The notes beneath the pieces are model-generated. The model was not told the DNA's origin, made no database searches, and worked only from the letters and a program-made list of their open reading frames with translations. From Eledone cirrhosa (Eukaryota), in assembly GCA_964016885.1 (NCBI GenBank), contig OZ024761.1, forward strand, positions 23,746,001 to 23,810,000: DNA of 64,000 bases, in the 5' to 3' direction. Positions 37,512 to 50,956 of this stretch are shown in pieces (the stretch's first letter is position 1; each line of letters opens with the position of its first letter). Made by a program: the position numbers and the translations under genes.

Positions 37512-39984
37512 GTAAGTTGGATGGTCTTTGTAATATTTATTGGGTTAGGGGCTTTTTCTTTCAGTGGAGTGGTAGTAAAATTTTATAATTACATTCGCCT
37601 CGCAGCACCTCCCCATATTAATGTAAAAAAAAAAAAATCGAATCATTTCTGACCATTTTAAAGGCCATATTCGTCCCAAAACGCATAAAGAACAATAGGA
37701 AAATATATAAATTTTACCATTTAAAGCGTGAAGGGTCTTATTAAGAAAACTACGAAGGTACCTCTCCCCTCAGTTAATTAAAACGATAAATTTCTGACCA
37801 CTATTAAAGCCATATACGTTCAAAACATAAAAAAAGCAATAGGAAAATACATCAATTGTAAACAAAAATAATTCTTTTAGTTGATATATGTTGAAGGTAA
37901 CACCAACCTCCCTCCTTTTGTGGTATATAACTCCAGTGTGTATATATAATTATTTACAACAGTGGCATATAAATTGTATATAAATCCAGTGTGTATATAT
38001 AATTATTTACAACAGTGGCATATACAGGTACTTAAGTACCGTAACCCAACTACCTGTTTATGTCACTGTTGTAAGTAATTATACTTAACTCGTCCTATGG
38101 ACTGAGAGCTCCTTACACTTGGATATTATTACCAAACTTATACTACAGTATACAGTTGACATTGCACTCAGTGCTCCTGTGGGAGCCCCTACATGGACAC
38201 ACTGGAAGAGGAAGACCAAGGTTAACGTATGTTGATGCCCTAAGGACAGACACTGGTCTGTTGGAGACGCAGGGCATGGCAGCGATAATGAGGGACAGAG
38301 ACCGCTGGAGAGAACTCGTCCATGGATCTCGGGAATTTTACCCGCTGTATATATATATATATATATATATATCCAAAATTATCAGCGTCATGCCAGAAAG
38401 ACATGCGCCATATCACTCGCAAAATAAGCTCTAAGATTCTAACGAATAGGTCCGACCATTTTATAATAACTAGAGAAAGACATGCGCCATATCACCCGCA
38501 AATATTATAAGGTATCCATTTTTGAAGTTCTGGTTAACTTTATTTAGTTACCTACCTAGCTATGTGTGCTTACACACTTGTAAACATTATCTCCTGTGAT
38601 TATTCATGTTTATTTATATAATCAATTTCTAGTTATTATATATATATATACAATATATTAATAAATGGAAACTATATTTATAAAACCATAATTATTTTAT
38701 TATATATATTTCAAGGGCAACCAAGGCAATTTTGGTGCGCTTTCATCAGATAAAATACAAAATATGTTTTATAAATGTTGACATACCCGTAGAAAAACAA
38801 CCTTGACGGTTGAAGGTTCGTTGGATAGTCCAGCGAACTTTCAACTGTCAAGGTTGTTTGCAGGTTGGTGAGGCTATTTAACCCATAGCTGGGTAAACTC
38901 GTTTCTACAGCTGAGTGAACTGGAGCAACGTGAAATAAAGTGTTTTGCTCAAGAACACAACTCACAACCTTAGGATGGACTCATCATTTTTCTACACACA
39001 CACACGCCACAACTATCAGATGGTAGAAGGATAAATATATTCATAAATATGTCTATATGACAGTAAGCATGCACATACACATAGACCAGGTCCGAACACA
39101 GAGAAGCCAAACTCCCACTGTCATCGTCTCCGTTTCTCTTGTCCTCCCCATCTTTTACTATTATGAGCAAATGGGACCCCACGTGCTGACTGCTCCGGTG
39201 GACAGAATGGGGAAGTCGTTTCTTCGGAGGATGGTAAGGGAGATGCACTGGAAGAGCCATTCCATCTCGCGAGGCTCGCCCCTGCGCTAGCTCAGTGCCT
39301 ATGATGGTATGTAGGGAGGTAGCCCTAGGGCCAAAGACACCAGAAGTCTCCACTATTAGGATCTCGACTGCAAACCTGCCGGAGAGCGACTGATATTTGG
39401 AGAGTCTACCCTCCTCAGCCCGAAGTGCAGCAGAACCTGGGTTAGTCGCAGACTGCACCAGGTTGCGTCTACTAGACTAAGTTCAAGCCGATTCCATGTA
39501 TCGCAGGTGGCCTCATGTTCCTCGATCACAGTGGGTTCCATTGTGTTTAAGAGAACCTTGTTGATGAGGACGCGGCACGAGGTTACCAATGAGAGAAACA
39601 CAAGCAAAACCAGTGAGATTGGGGACTGGAGGCCACCATATCTAACAGGTAAGGTGGCCTGTTGTCAACCAATGTTGTCAAACCTGACGTTGTATATCTC
39701 CTCAGCTTCTGCTCTGGATACAAGTGTCAAGGTCAGCAAGGAGAGATGCGTGGCTGTAGCACGGATCACTACAGAGAGTGTAGATAAAATGGTATTCTTT
39801 TTTTTTGCAAACAATCAGCATTTTAAGTTTGAATAGGCTATGTAGCCGGTAAATCCTAAAGGGATGCAACACACATTGCTATAGTGTTTCACCAGCCCCT
39901 TCCTTCCTCAATCATTAATAGATGTGTGTGTGTGTGTGTAATAATTATTTTGTATAATGTGTATTTATGAATATGTATGAGTAG

Positions 39985-40025
<41 letters not shown>

Positions 40026-43000
40026 GCTTTGCACTTTTGTTGACTGTATCTGTTTATATATTTACGTGTAGATGTGTGTGTATGTAACCAAGACGTGGCG
40101 TACATTAATGGATGACTAAATTATTCAATGGATGACTAAATTATTTTAACTTGTTTTTTTTTTAACAATTGATGGCGGAAAAGATTTCAAATTGTCTTTA
40201 CAGACCGTAAAAGGTTGCAACTCATGGTGCCTGACAACCTTACCGGCTACATAGCCTGGGACTCTATTTTACTGGGACTGGCTACATAGCTTCTTCCTAT
40301 TATGTTGTAATACATATAAGTTACTCGACTTTATATGTATGTATATATACACTCTGACCCCCCCCCCCACACACACAGGTGTGATTTTGGTCTAATTAAC
40401 AAGTCTGAAGAGCAGATTGGACTGGGCTTGCGTCTATAGCTTTGATATAGATCCTGAGACACCCATCTGTGAAACAGTCATCAATACCTTAATTTGAAAC
40501 TTTGCTTGGTATATATGTATATATGTATGTATGTATAAGTCCCAGGTTTAATCAGGAGTAACCACAGATAGTAAGGTACTCAATACATTAGTAGAGTGTA
40601 AACATAAAGTTTAATATAGAAATGGTTTCTACAGGACTAGAACTGTTTCATTCAGAAGAAATCATCAGGAAAACCCTTATGATTTTTTCTGAATGAAACA
40701 GTTCTAGTCCTGTAGAAGCCATAATATACACATACATGTCAGTGTATGGAAAAAAAATTCTAGTATTTATATATTTCCAGTTTTCGAGAGCAAGGCTCCG
40801 TCTTCGAAAAGATCCCTGAACTTCAATTCTACCGACAAAAAGAAGTCTAAAGACATTCCTGGTGACAAAGATTTAAACCTGAGTTCCGACTGTCTCCCCC
40901 TCAGTGACCACATGGACCCAGACGATGTAGCTTGTGTCCAGTCTACTACCACAAACAGTCGACCAAAACGACAGCTGGAATATCCATCAGAGGATGAGTT
41001 AGAAGAATTACTTTTTGCTGATGCTGGTTCCTCTGAAAATGGTAAATGTCAAGATAGCAGCAGTAGTAGTAAAACTATTTCACCAAATATTGGTAAGATG
41101 TAATATTGGTAATATTTTTAACACACCCTTCCTATATAATTTCTTTTGTTGCCTAATAACCCTTGCTCTTTCCTTTCTTTTCCTCACATTTATAGTCCTT
41201 TCCACTGCTACTTTCTTTTTCTACATGTTTGACTAAATATTAAATTATTTTTATGTAATTTTATCCTAGAAATATATTTGTGAATTTTTAAATAAAAATT
41301 TTTGTGCACAATTATAAAAAAAAAAAAATGTTCTTTTTATTTTCAAGTTGTTTTGAAAATAATCCAAAATTGTAGGAGCTGGTGCAGTAATGTGCCAGCT
41401 TCAGAATTTGGTAATCGGAAGAAGGGAGGTTGGTGTAAATTTGGTATTCGTGCCAACCCATGCCTCTGGGTTAATGATTGAAAGAATATGATCGCAAATA
41501 CGGCTGAAATGGGGTTCCTCCAAGGAGTCTTTAGAGTAAGTAGCTCGGAGATTAGAGAGTCACTCCAGGTGGAGCCACTACTTCTCTGAATTGACAGATC
41601 ACATCTCCGATAATATGGGCATGTGGTTAGAATGTCTCAAGAAAGAATTGCTAGACAGGTTTTACCGGGTAAAACCAACCGGCAGGAGACCCAGGGGTAG
41701 ACCCCCCCTGAGCAAGATGGTTGGAAAACATCCATGAGCTCAGCTGGTCTCACTTGGGGACCCAGTAAGATCAGTTGGAGATGGTTGCTTCTTACAGAAC
41801 CTGCTGGAAGGAGTGTTTGAGGAGTCTCCCTCTCAGGAATATGTGGGTGGAGAAGAAGATGATCAAGAATTTGGAGGGGTTTAGTAACATAAATAATTTC
41901 CTCATTAAGCTAGTGTTTGGAACATAACTTAACAAAGGTTCTTACATGAAATTAGAATGTAAGGTTTTTAGATAAATATAAACAACTTAACCCTTTTGTT
42001 GCTTTGTTTCTAATGAACTACACAGTCCCTTTCATTTTCAAAATGTTGAACCATCCAGAGGAGGTGATGAGGGAGGGAATGGTACAAAGGGAGGGAGGGT
42101 GTTTCGAAAATCTAATCCAGAGGTTCTCAAACTTTTGGGGCCACTGCTCCCTTCACGGCCACATAATACACCCAGCGCCGCCCCCACCCCTATTTCCAGA
42201 GAGACCTGTCTACACGCAAATTATAAATAATATATAATAAATAAATTCGTTAATTTATATATAATCTCTATATATAAAACTGAGGATGTCTGTCTGTGTG
42301 TGAGTTTGAATCCCTAAAACTCAAGAAGTACCCAACCGATTTTTTTCAAACTTTACATGTGTATTACTTATGTTTCAGGGAGTATTATGTCCATAAAAAA
42401 AATTCAACTTTTTGATCCCCTAGGGCCCGCATTAGGTGAAAAACTGCGTTTTTTCAGGTTTTTAGGGGTTTTTTGAGGCGTTACGTCAGACTGATTTCCT
42501 TGAAATTGTAACTATGTATTAGTCAGACTCTTCTTCATACCGTGAGCAAAGAAAATTCAACTTTTTTATGGCCTGGAGGGAGAAGCATACCTAATATTAA
42601 TTGCATCAGAGTATTCGGTTTATTTTCTTTACATATTGTCCAGGCATGCAGTTTTTCCACGATTAGGTCTGTTGGCGGCCCGCGTTCCAAAATACCTTAT
42701 CCCGTGCAACGCCGGGTACCACTGCTAGTAAATAATATAATATGTACTATGTATAAATAAACATTATATATTTTTATTTTACTATATTTATATATAATAT
42801 GTATCATTTGATATTTAATATACTATTATATCATCTCTACCTCCCCCTAAGCGCCTTTTGTCGTGTCACCAACACGACCACATTACAGTGTTGACTGGAC
42901 GCCTTTTGTCGTGTCACCAACACGACCTCATTACAGTGTTGACTGGGGTGGTGGTGTGTTAGGAGGTGGGAGTGGGATAGAGGGTAGGCGGTGTATACTA

Positions 43001-46000
43001 GATGTATACTTCAACACGGGAAGGTGTCCCAGTCTGTGATCTGCTCGTTGATCGGAAAGTCAATAAAGAAACAAACAATAAATAAATAAATAAATAAATA
43101 AATATTTTACTCAAGGGAGGTAACTTTTGAGAAGCAGTCAAGAGTTGTTTTCCATGAGAATGCTGCCTAGATATACAAATATACTGTATTGTGTAGTGAG
43201 AACACCGACCACCTACCTACAGCCGGCCCACAACTTCTAACCTTTGTCTTACGTCATAATATATTCAGTTCTATTAAAGCCACCCTGTTTGTATATACAG
43301 GTATACCTCGACTTACGTTGTTCCGAGTTTTGTCATTTTCGAAGTTACGTCCGTTTTTCTTAATATTATATGTGGCACGGCACAGTATCGGTAGAGGGTC
43401 GGACGCCATGCTTTGACGCATAGAGTTACGGCCCTTGCCATTCTGAGTTCGAATCCCGCCGAAGTTAACTTTGCATTTCATCTTTACGGGGTCGATAAAA
43501 TAAAGTACCAGTAATGCACTGGGTAATTGCTGGCCCCTTGTGCCAAAAAGTAGAAACAATTATATGTGGCAAAAATTGAAGCTGATGGATTGGCAGCATT
43601 CGGTAGAATATTGGACAACATGCCCTGTGGCATAGAGTTACGGCCCATTACGTTCTGAGTGTAATTCCCGCCGAGGTTAGCTTATGAACTTTTCAACCTA
43701 CCCTTGTAGATTCAAATGATTTTCCCTGCTGTGTCTATTGTAGCTGTCCCTGTTGTGAAAAGACAGAGGTTGATGTTAGACACACTACCTGAAGTTTGTG
43801 ACACAGCACCAGTTGAACACAATGTTCTAGAGGGTCTTTCAACAGAAGACACCACAGCAAGGGTAACAACCGCTGAATGGGAGTACCCACATGCTCATAG
43901 TCAAGGTAACTCACTTTTTATATTAGTTGAAATACACAGTAAATATTTGTGCATGTTACACAGTGGACAACAACCACTCCACGGGAGTACCCACATATTT
44001 TTACAATTGCTACGTTGTTCCCACAACTCCCTACACCCACTAGTTTCTCCCACAACTCCCTACACCCACTAGTTTCTTCCCACAAGTCCCTACACCCACT
44101 AGTTTCTTCCCACAGATCCCTACACCCATTAGTTTCTTCCCACAAGTCCCTACACCCACTAGTTTCTTCCCACAAATCCCTACACCCATTAGTTTCTTCC
44201 CACAAGTCCCTACACCCACTAGTTTCTTCCCACAAGTCCCTACACCCATTAGTTTCTTCCCACAAATCCCTACACCCATTAGTTTCTTCCCACAAGTCCT
44301 TACACCCACTAGTTTCTTCCCACAAGTCCCTACACCCATTAGTTTCTTCCCACAAGTCCTTGCACCCACTAGTTTCTTCCCACAAGTCCCTACACCCACT
44401 AGTTTCTTCCCACAACTCCCTACACCCACTAGTTTCTCTCACAAGTCCCTACAAACCCTCCTCCCTATAGTTTTTACCAAGGAACATGATGATGAAGCCA
44501 TTTTTTGTCACTTCTTTTGTCTTTCAGATGTTCAAATACTGCACCAACGAGTTAGATTTTCCATCCCGAAGACCAACTTCATCAGCGTCACATCTTCTGA
44601 TGGCACACGGGCTTACATGAAGATGAGGAGCTGTGAAACCCTGGAGAAAGAGGTGAGTGAAGGGTAACCGGCAGTTGGTTGCTATGGCAACCTGTAGTTG
44701 TGACAGGGTGAAGCAGTCATAGTTGTGTGGTAGGATGGTGGTGGTAGTAATAGGGTGGCGTTGGTGGCGGTAGTGGTGGTCGGGTGGTGGTGGCGGTAGT
44801 GGTGGTCGGGTGGTGGTGGCGGTAGTGGTAGGGTGGTGGTAGGGTGGCGGTAGTGGTAGGGTGGTGGTGGTAAATCTTTACCTCAATTAATTATCTCACA
44901 GAATATTGAATCTATAAGATTTTATATAATAATAATAATAATGAAATTGTGTACTGTGCTCAGGTGCACTACAACTCATCAAAGGTGCATGTATAGTACA
45001 TAGAATAATGTACAAATGTCAGGAAAGTGAACAGTGTATGAGTCATGATATACATGTGTGCGTGTGTATGGGGGGGGGGGATATCAGGTGTAGTGTTGGC
45101 GAATTTCAGGAAGCATGGAGGTTTTAAAGGATGCAGTGTCCCGGCAGCAAACAACTGATGCAGGTAGTTTGTTCCATGCTTCAGCAATTCTTCTTACCCT
45201 TCTTCCTGAGAAGGTCATGGGGCCAGAGTCCTCTAACACTCCTTCCAGCAGGTCCAGATTATTCGATACTTGGATCTAGCTTTTGAAACGGCAGGAGATC
45301 AGCCGTCGAGGTCCCAAACTTTTCATTTATATATGTATATATATGTGTATATGCCTTGCTTTGATTTATGTATACGTATATAAGCTTGTTTGATTTTTTT
45401 TTTTTTTTATATTATATATTTTAAGAACAATACCTTAACATCAGTATGAGTGGCTGGTTTGAACAGAAAGAGATGAGAGAATTCTGGCTCGATATGGCCA
45501 GTTTAGATGCTAAAGGGTTAATATCCAGTTTCCATGGTGTTTAATAAAAGGGGTCTTCTATTTTTTCACAGGCTGCCAAAGTTATCAACACGATGAATTC
45601 TCTTCAGCTTCTTCAAGAACCATTCTCAGTGTTAATGGAGAAAATTAATCAAGAGGTAAATGCCAATCTTTTTATTGGTTTCAGTCGTTAGATTGTGGCC
45701 ATACTGGGGCACTGTCACAGTTTAGTTGATTATATCTACCCCAGTACTGTTTTACTGGTTTCAGTAATTGGATTGTGGCCATACTGGGGCACTGCCACAG
45801 TTTAGTTGATTATATCTACCCAAGTACTGTTTTACTGGTTTCAGTAATTGGACTGTGGCCATACTGGGGCACTGCCTCGGATCATTGAAAGAAAAATAAA
45901 ATCAATTTTTTTTCCTTTTTCTTTCGATGATTGATTACATAGATCGATTTTTTTTTAGCGATACGCTCCAGGTATGAAATAGCGCTATAAGGTTTCTCTT

Positions 46001-46520
46001 ATGATTCCACCTGTGTACATATTCTTCTATAGAATATGTATTTGGTATATATACTATATACTGTGTGTCTTGTGTCATGTATTGCACTTTCTCTCTCTAT
46101 ATATATCCCCACGTAAAATTTATAAATCAGTGGCTAGTTGAGAGATAGAGTCCTATCAGTTGCCAGTTAATTGCTTTACCATGTCGGTTGTCACAAACAG
46201 TCATGACCGGCGCAGGCTGGTGTTTGGATTATGTCGATCGATTGGTTATTGATTAGGCGACACCCGCTGATGAAGCAGCATTAGCCGATTGTGCATTGTT
46301 GCATAATATATGCAGACAGATGGTGCAGTGCACCTTACTGCTGCATTAGTGCTGCAGAAACTCGAGTCCGGGAACCTTATAGGCACCCGTTTTACGTGTG
46401 TTGTGTTGAGGCAAATAACTATGTGTATACTCTGGTAATGTATCTTACATTGTCCATTGAGTGCCCTGAGATACATCCGGTACTGGCATTGATAAATATG
46501 CTGGGGCCGTCAACCCTTAT

Positions 46521-46554
<34 letters not shown>

Positions 46555-46580
46555 AATACACATATATACACACACACACA

Positions 46581-46626
<46 letters not shown>

Positions 46627-49600
46627 GACACACACACATATTCAACACATGTATCTGTAGCTGACCATTTTTTCTCTCTTCCCAGAAAGCCATGAAACTC
46701 TCAGAAGAACTCAACAGAGTTGACACAAACACGTAAGGATTAAAATGTTTATATTTATCGAAAAAAAAAAATCTTCCACCATAATTTTCTGTAAGAACCT
46801 TTGTTATGTTCCAAACACCAGCTTATTCCTTTAACATTTAAACCAGTCATATCTGGCCAGAATTCTCTCACCTCTTTCTGTTCAAACCAGTCATAACCGG
46901 CTACTCATACCTAAGTTAAGGTATTGTTCTCAAAATAAATGATATCAAAATCTCGTAGATTTGATATTATGTGAGATAATTATGTGCAATAAAGTGTTTA
47001 CAATGAAAATACAATAGTATAAATAAAGTAATGTAAATGGTAAAGGGTTAATGAATGTGGGTGGGAAGCCACTAGAGCTGGTTGAGGACTTCCTGTATCT
47101 GCAAAGATTGGGAACATAGAGGATGATGTGGTGGAGAGGAAAATCAAAGACTGAGCAGCGTGTCACAGTTTGAGGTTAGTGTGGAAGTCGGACATTTGTA
47201 AAGATCTGAAGATCCGTCTCTGCCTCACTATAGTGGAGTCTGTGCTACTGTACGGGTCTGAGACTTGGACACTGACCAAGTAACTCTCTCAGATGGTAGA
47301 TGGGTGCTACACGAGAATGTTGAGGATAACTCTGAACATTAATCAGTATACACTGAGGATTAAGAACTCAGAGCTGTACGGGAGCCTCCCAAAAGTCAGC
47401 TTGAGAGTAGCACAGAGGAGAGTGAGGTTAGCTGGACATGCTCACCGACAGCCAGAGTTGAGACTGCACTCAGTGCTCCTGTGGGAGCCCCTGCACGGAC
47501 ACACTGGAAGAGGAAGACCAAGGTTAACATATGTTGATGCCCTAAGGACAGACACTGGTCTCTTGGAGACGCAGGACATGGCAGCGATGATGAGGGACAG
47601 AGACTGCTGGAGAGAACTCGGCCATGGATCTCGGGAATTTTACCTGCCCTATACAGATTGAATTCTTTCTAACATTGGCACAAGGCTCTCACCACCTCTG
47701 CCCATGTTTTTCGGGATCTTCTACTGTGTCTTCCTTTCACTGGGATTTCTTGGCACTTCTTTACCCAGTGGTCATCCTCCATGCACATCACATGTCCATA
47801 CTATCGCAGTCTCCTCTACTGCACACTACAATTTATCCCTCTCAGACACAGTTTCTTTCTCAACACATCCATGCTCGGTCGTTCATGCACATTGACATTG
47901 CACATCCATCGAAGTATACTTGCTTCATTTCTCTCCAGCCTTCGCACATCCTCTGCGGTTTCTGTCCATGTCTCATCACTACCATGCAGCATCGTGCATC
48001 TCACACAGGTATCATACAGTCAACCTTTTGTTCATAGGGAGAAACCCTTTGTTGTCAACAGAGGCAGCAGCTCCCTAAACTTCTCTTCCATCCTATCCTT
48101 ATTCTAGATACTAGGGTAACAAAAAGGTTTTAACCCCTTCTAAAGATGTCTCTTCTTGTGTTGTAGGGGAGCTGGCTCAATGAGCAATGGACGGTCTGTT
48201 GGAGAAGGTGTGGCAGTGGGCGGAGAAGAAATAGACACACAGACATTACATCCAGACAGTGCCCGCAGTGAAGAGAGACCGAATTCTACGGGGACTGAAG
48301 ATAATTTATGGGTGGACAAGTATGCACCAAGGAGCTACGCAGAGTTACTCAGTGAAGAGGTAATCCCTTAAACCTTTCATTTGCTGGCCAGCGAATTGGC
48401 AGAGTTGTTAGGATGTTGGATAGAATTCTTTACGGTATTCATTCCACCTCTTTGGGTGCTCCGAGTTTAAATCCCGTTGGGGTCAACTTTGCTTTTCATC
48501 CTTCCGAGGTTGTTAAGAAAAAGTCCCAGTCCAGTACTGGAGTCGATTCTTCCTCTGTTCAGACCTGGAGACGGTTGGGCCCTGCAAGGTTTAAATATGC
48601 CCTAGACACACCATATGACGGTGCCTCTATGGCTCCACAAGGAGTTATCGGATCTTTATCCTATTTATTAGTGTTGGGTGGGTAGAGAAGAGAAGAGGGT
48701 GGGAGTACTCTGTTGGCTGTTTAACCCTTTAGCATTTAAACCTGCCGTATCCGGCCAGAATTCTCTCACCTCTTTCTGTTCAAACCAGCCATAACTGGCT
48801 GCTCATACTGGTGTTAAGGTATTGTTCTCAAAATAAATAATATCAAAATCTTATAGATTTGATATTATGTGAGATAATTATGTGAGGTAAAGCCTTTACC
48901 ATGAAAATACAATAGTATATATAGAGTAATGTAAATGTTATGTGAGATATTATGTGAGGTAAAGCCTTTACCATGAAAATACAATAGTATATATAGAGTA
49001 ATGTAAATGTTATGTGAGATATTATGTGAGGTAAAGCCTTTACCATGAAAATACAATAGCATATATAGAGTAATGTAAATGGTAAAGGGTTAAATTTGTT
49101 GTTGTATAACAGTGTGGTGTAGAAGTGTTGTGTTGTGTGGTGTGGTGCGGTGTGGTAGTGGAAACTTGTGTGTATTTTGGGATGTAGTGTGAGCTTGTCT
49201 CTGTGTGCAGGAATGGAGTGTTGTGTGACAGTGTGGACATGTTATTTGAATGGTGTTGTGTGGCAGTCTGTTGTGTGGTGTGTGTGTTTAGTAAAGACTC
49301 CCTATACACATTCTCAATTTTGAACCCACCTTCCCCTTATTTTTACATTCTCTATATGAAGCTGAGACCAATTTGTGTTTAACAAGACTAACAACCTCTC
49401 ATTCTTATATTCCAGAATATAAACCATTCATTCTTATATTCCAGAATATAAATCGTTCATTCTTATATTCCAGAATATATAATAAAACACTCATTTGGTT
49501 TGGGTTGGTTTTCGCCTCAGTATATTTTATATCTCTATAGTTAATTTAGCTGGCAATCAATGTTTATCATTGACCAACAGTTAAAAATATTGATATAAAT

Positions 49601-50916
49601 ATATATATATAGTCTCTGAGTTCTTTCGTCACACATCTGTGACATCAACAGTGATAATGTTTCCTCTCGTATTGTAATGCTTACTTATTCTATTTTTTAT
49701 TCATTTGTTTATTTATTGTTCTATCTGTTTGCATGTGGGTTTGTGTGTGTGTTTTCTGTTTGGTGTGTGTTTTTGTCTGAGTCTGTGTGTGTTCGTCTCT
49801 TAGTCTGTGTGTGTTCGTGTCTGAGTCTGTGTGTGTTCGTGTCTGAGTCTGTGTGTGTTCGTGTCTGAGTCTGTGTGTGTCCAAGTCCGTGTGTTCGTGT
49901 CCAAGTCTGTGTGTGTTCGTGTCTGCATCTGTGTGTGTTCGTGTCTGAGTCTGTGTGTGATCGTGTCCGAGTCTGTGTGTGTGATCGTGTCCGAGTCTGT
50001 GTGTGATCGTGTCCGAGTCTGTGTGTGTGATCGTGTCCGAGTCTGTGTGTTCATGTCCGAGTCTGTGTGTGTTCGTGTCTGAGTCTGTGTGTGTTCGTGT
50101 CCGAGTCTGTGTGTGTTTGTGTCTGAGTCTCTGTGTTTGTATTCTATCTTTGGTCACTAGTGTGTTCATTCTTATGTTCCAGAATATAAACCGTTCGTTA
50201 CTCCACTGGTTAAAGTTGTGGGACCACGTTGTGTTTAACAAGGCCGTTAAACAGAAGAGAAAGAAAGCAGAGGTGAAGCCCAGCGGTCAGTTTAATAAGA
50301 AGAAACAGGTGGTGGTCAGTGAGGAACTGGACAAACAGAACCGCCCACTTCAGAAGGTCAGTTTCTATCTCAGTCCAATACACCAACACCACCTCAACAC
50401 CTATTATAGTACACTGTATGCTATAGTATGTATTGTACTACAATATACTTCATACACTATACTACCATACACTACACTATCTATATATCTAAAACAGAGG
50501 ATGTCTGTCTGACTCCCTAAAACTCGAGAACCACCCAACCGATTGTTTTCAAACTTTACACATGTAATACTTATGGTCCTGTGAGTGTTTGAAAAAAAAA
50601 AATTTCAAATGTTCAATGCCCTAGGGACCGCATTAGGCGATTTTGCGATCTCTCTCTATAATTCTTAGTCTTTCTCTTTTTAGATAGATACATAGATATA
50701 ACGTTACGTCCTTATAATATGTCTATGTCTGGCTGTCTGCATTTCGACATTATGACACTATATGTGTGTATGTATATATAGTACATGTATATATATATAT
50801 AGTGTGTAACGTTTTTCGAAATATTTACTTCTGCGTTCACAGATTGATTTTTCTAGTTTCAGAAGATCCCGTTAAGGGTGAAAGCAGCGATTCTTTGCTT
50901 AAACTTTAATCTGTTA

Positions 50917-50956
<40 letters not shown>

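Noticed and set aside
43710-43743. Upstream acceptor (cccttgtag) for exon 3
   Set aside because: In the required phase it meets a TGA within about 30 codons; the acceptor at 43743 keeps the frame.
43918-44470. Repeat-protein ORFs ([10 protein letters not shown] etc.)
   Set aside because: Translations of an intronic 30-bp minisatellite.
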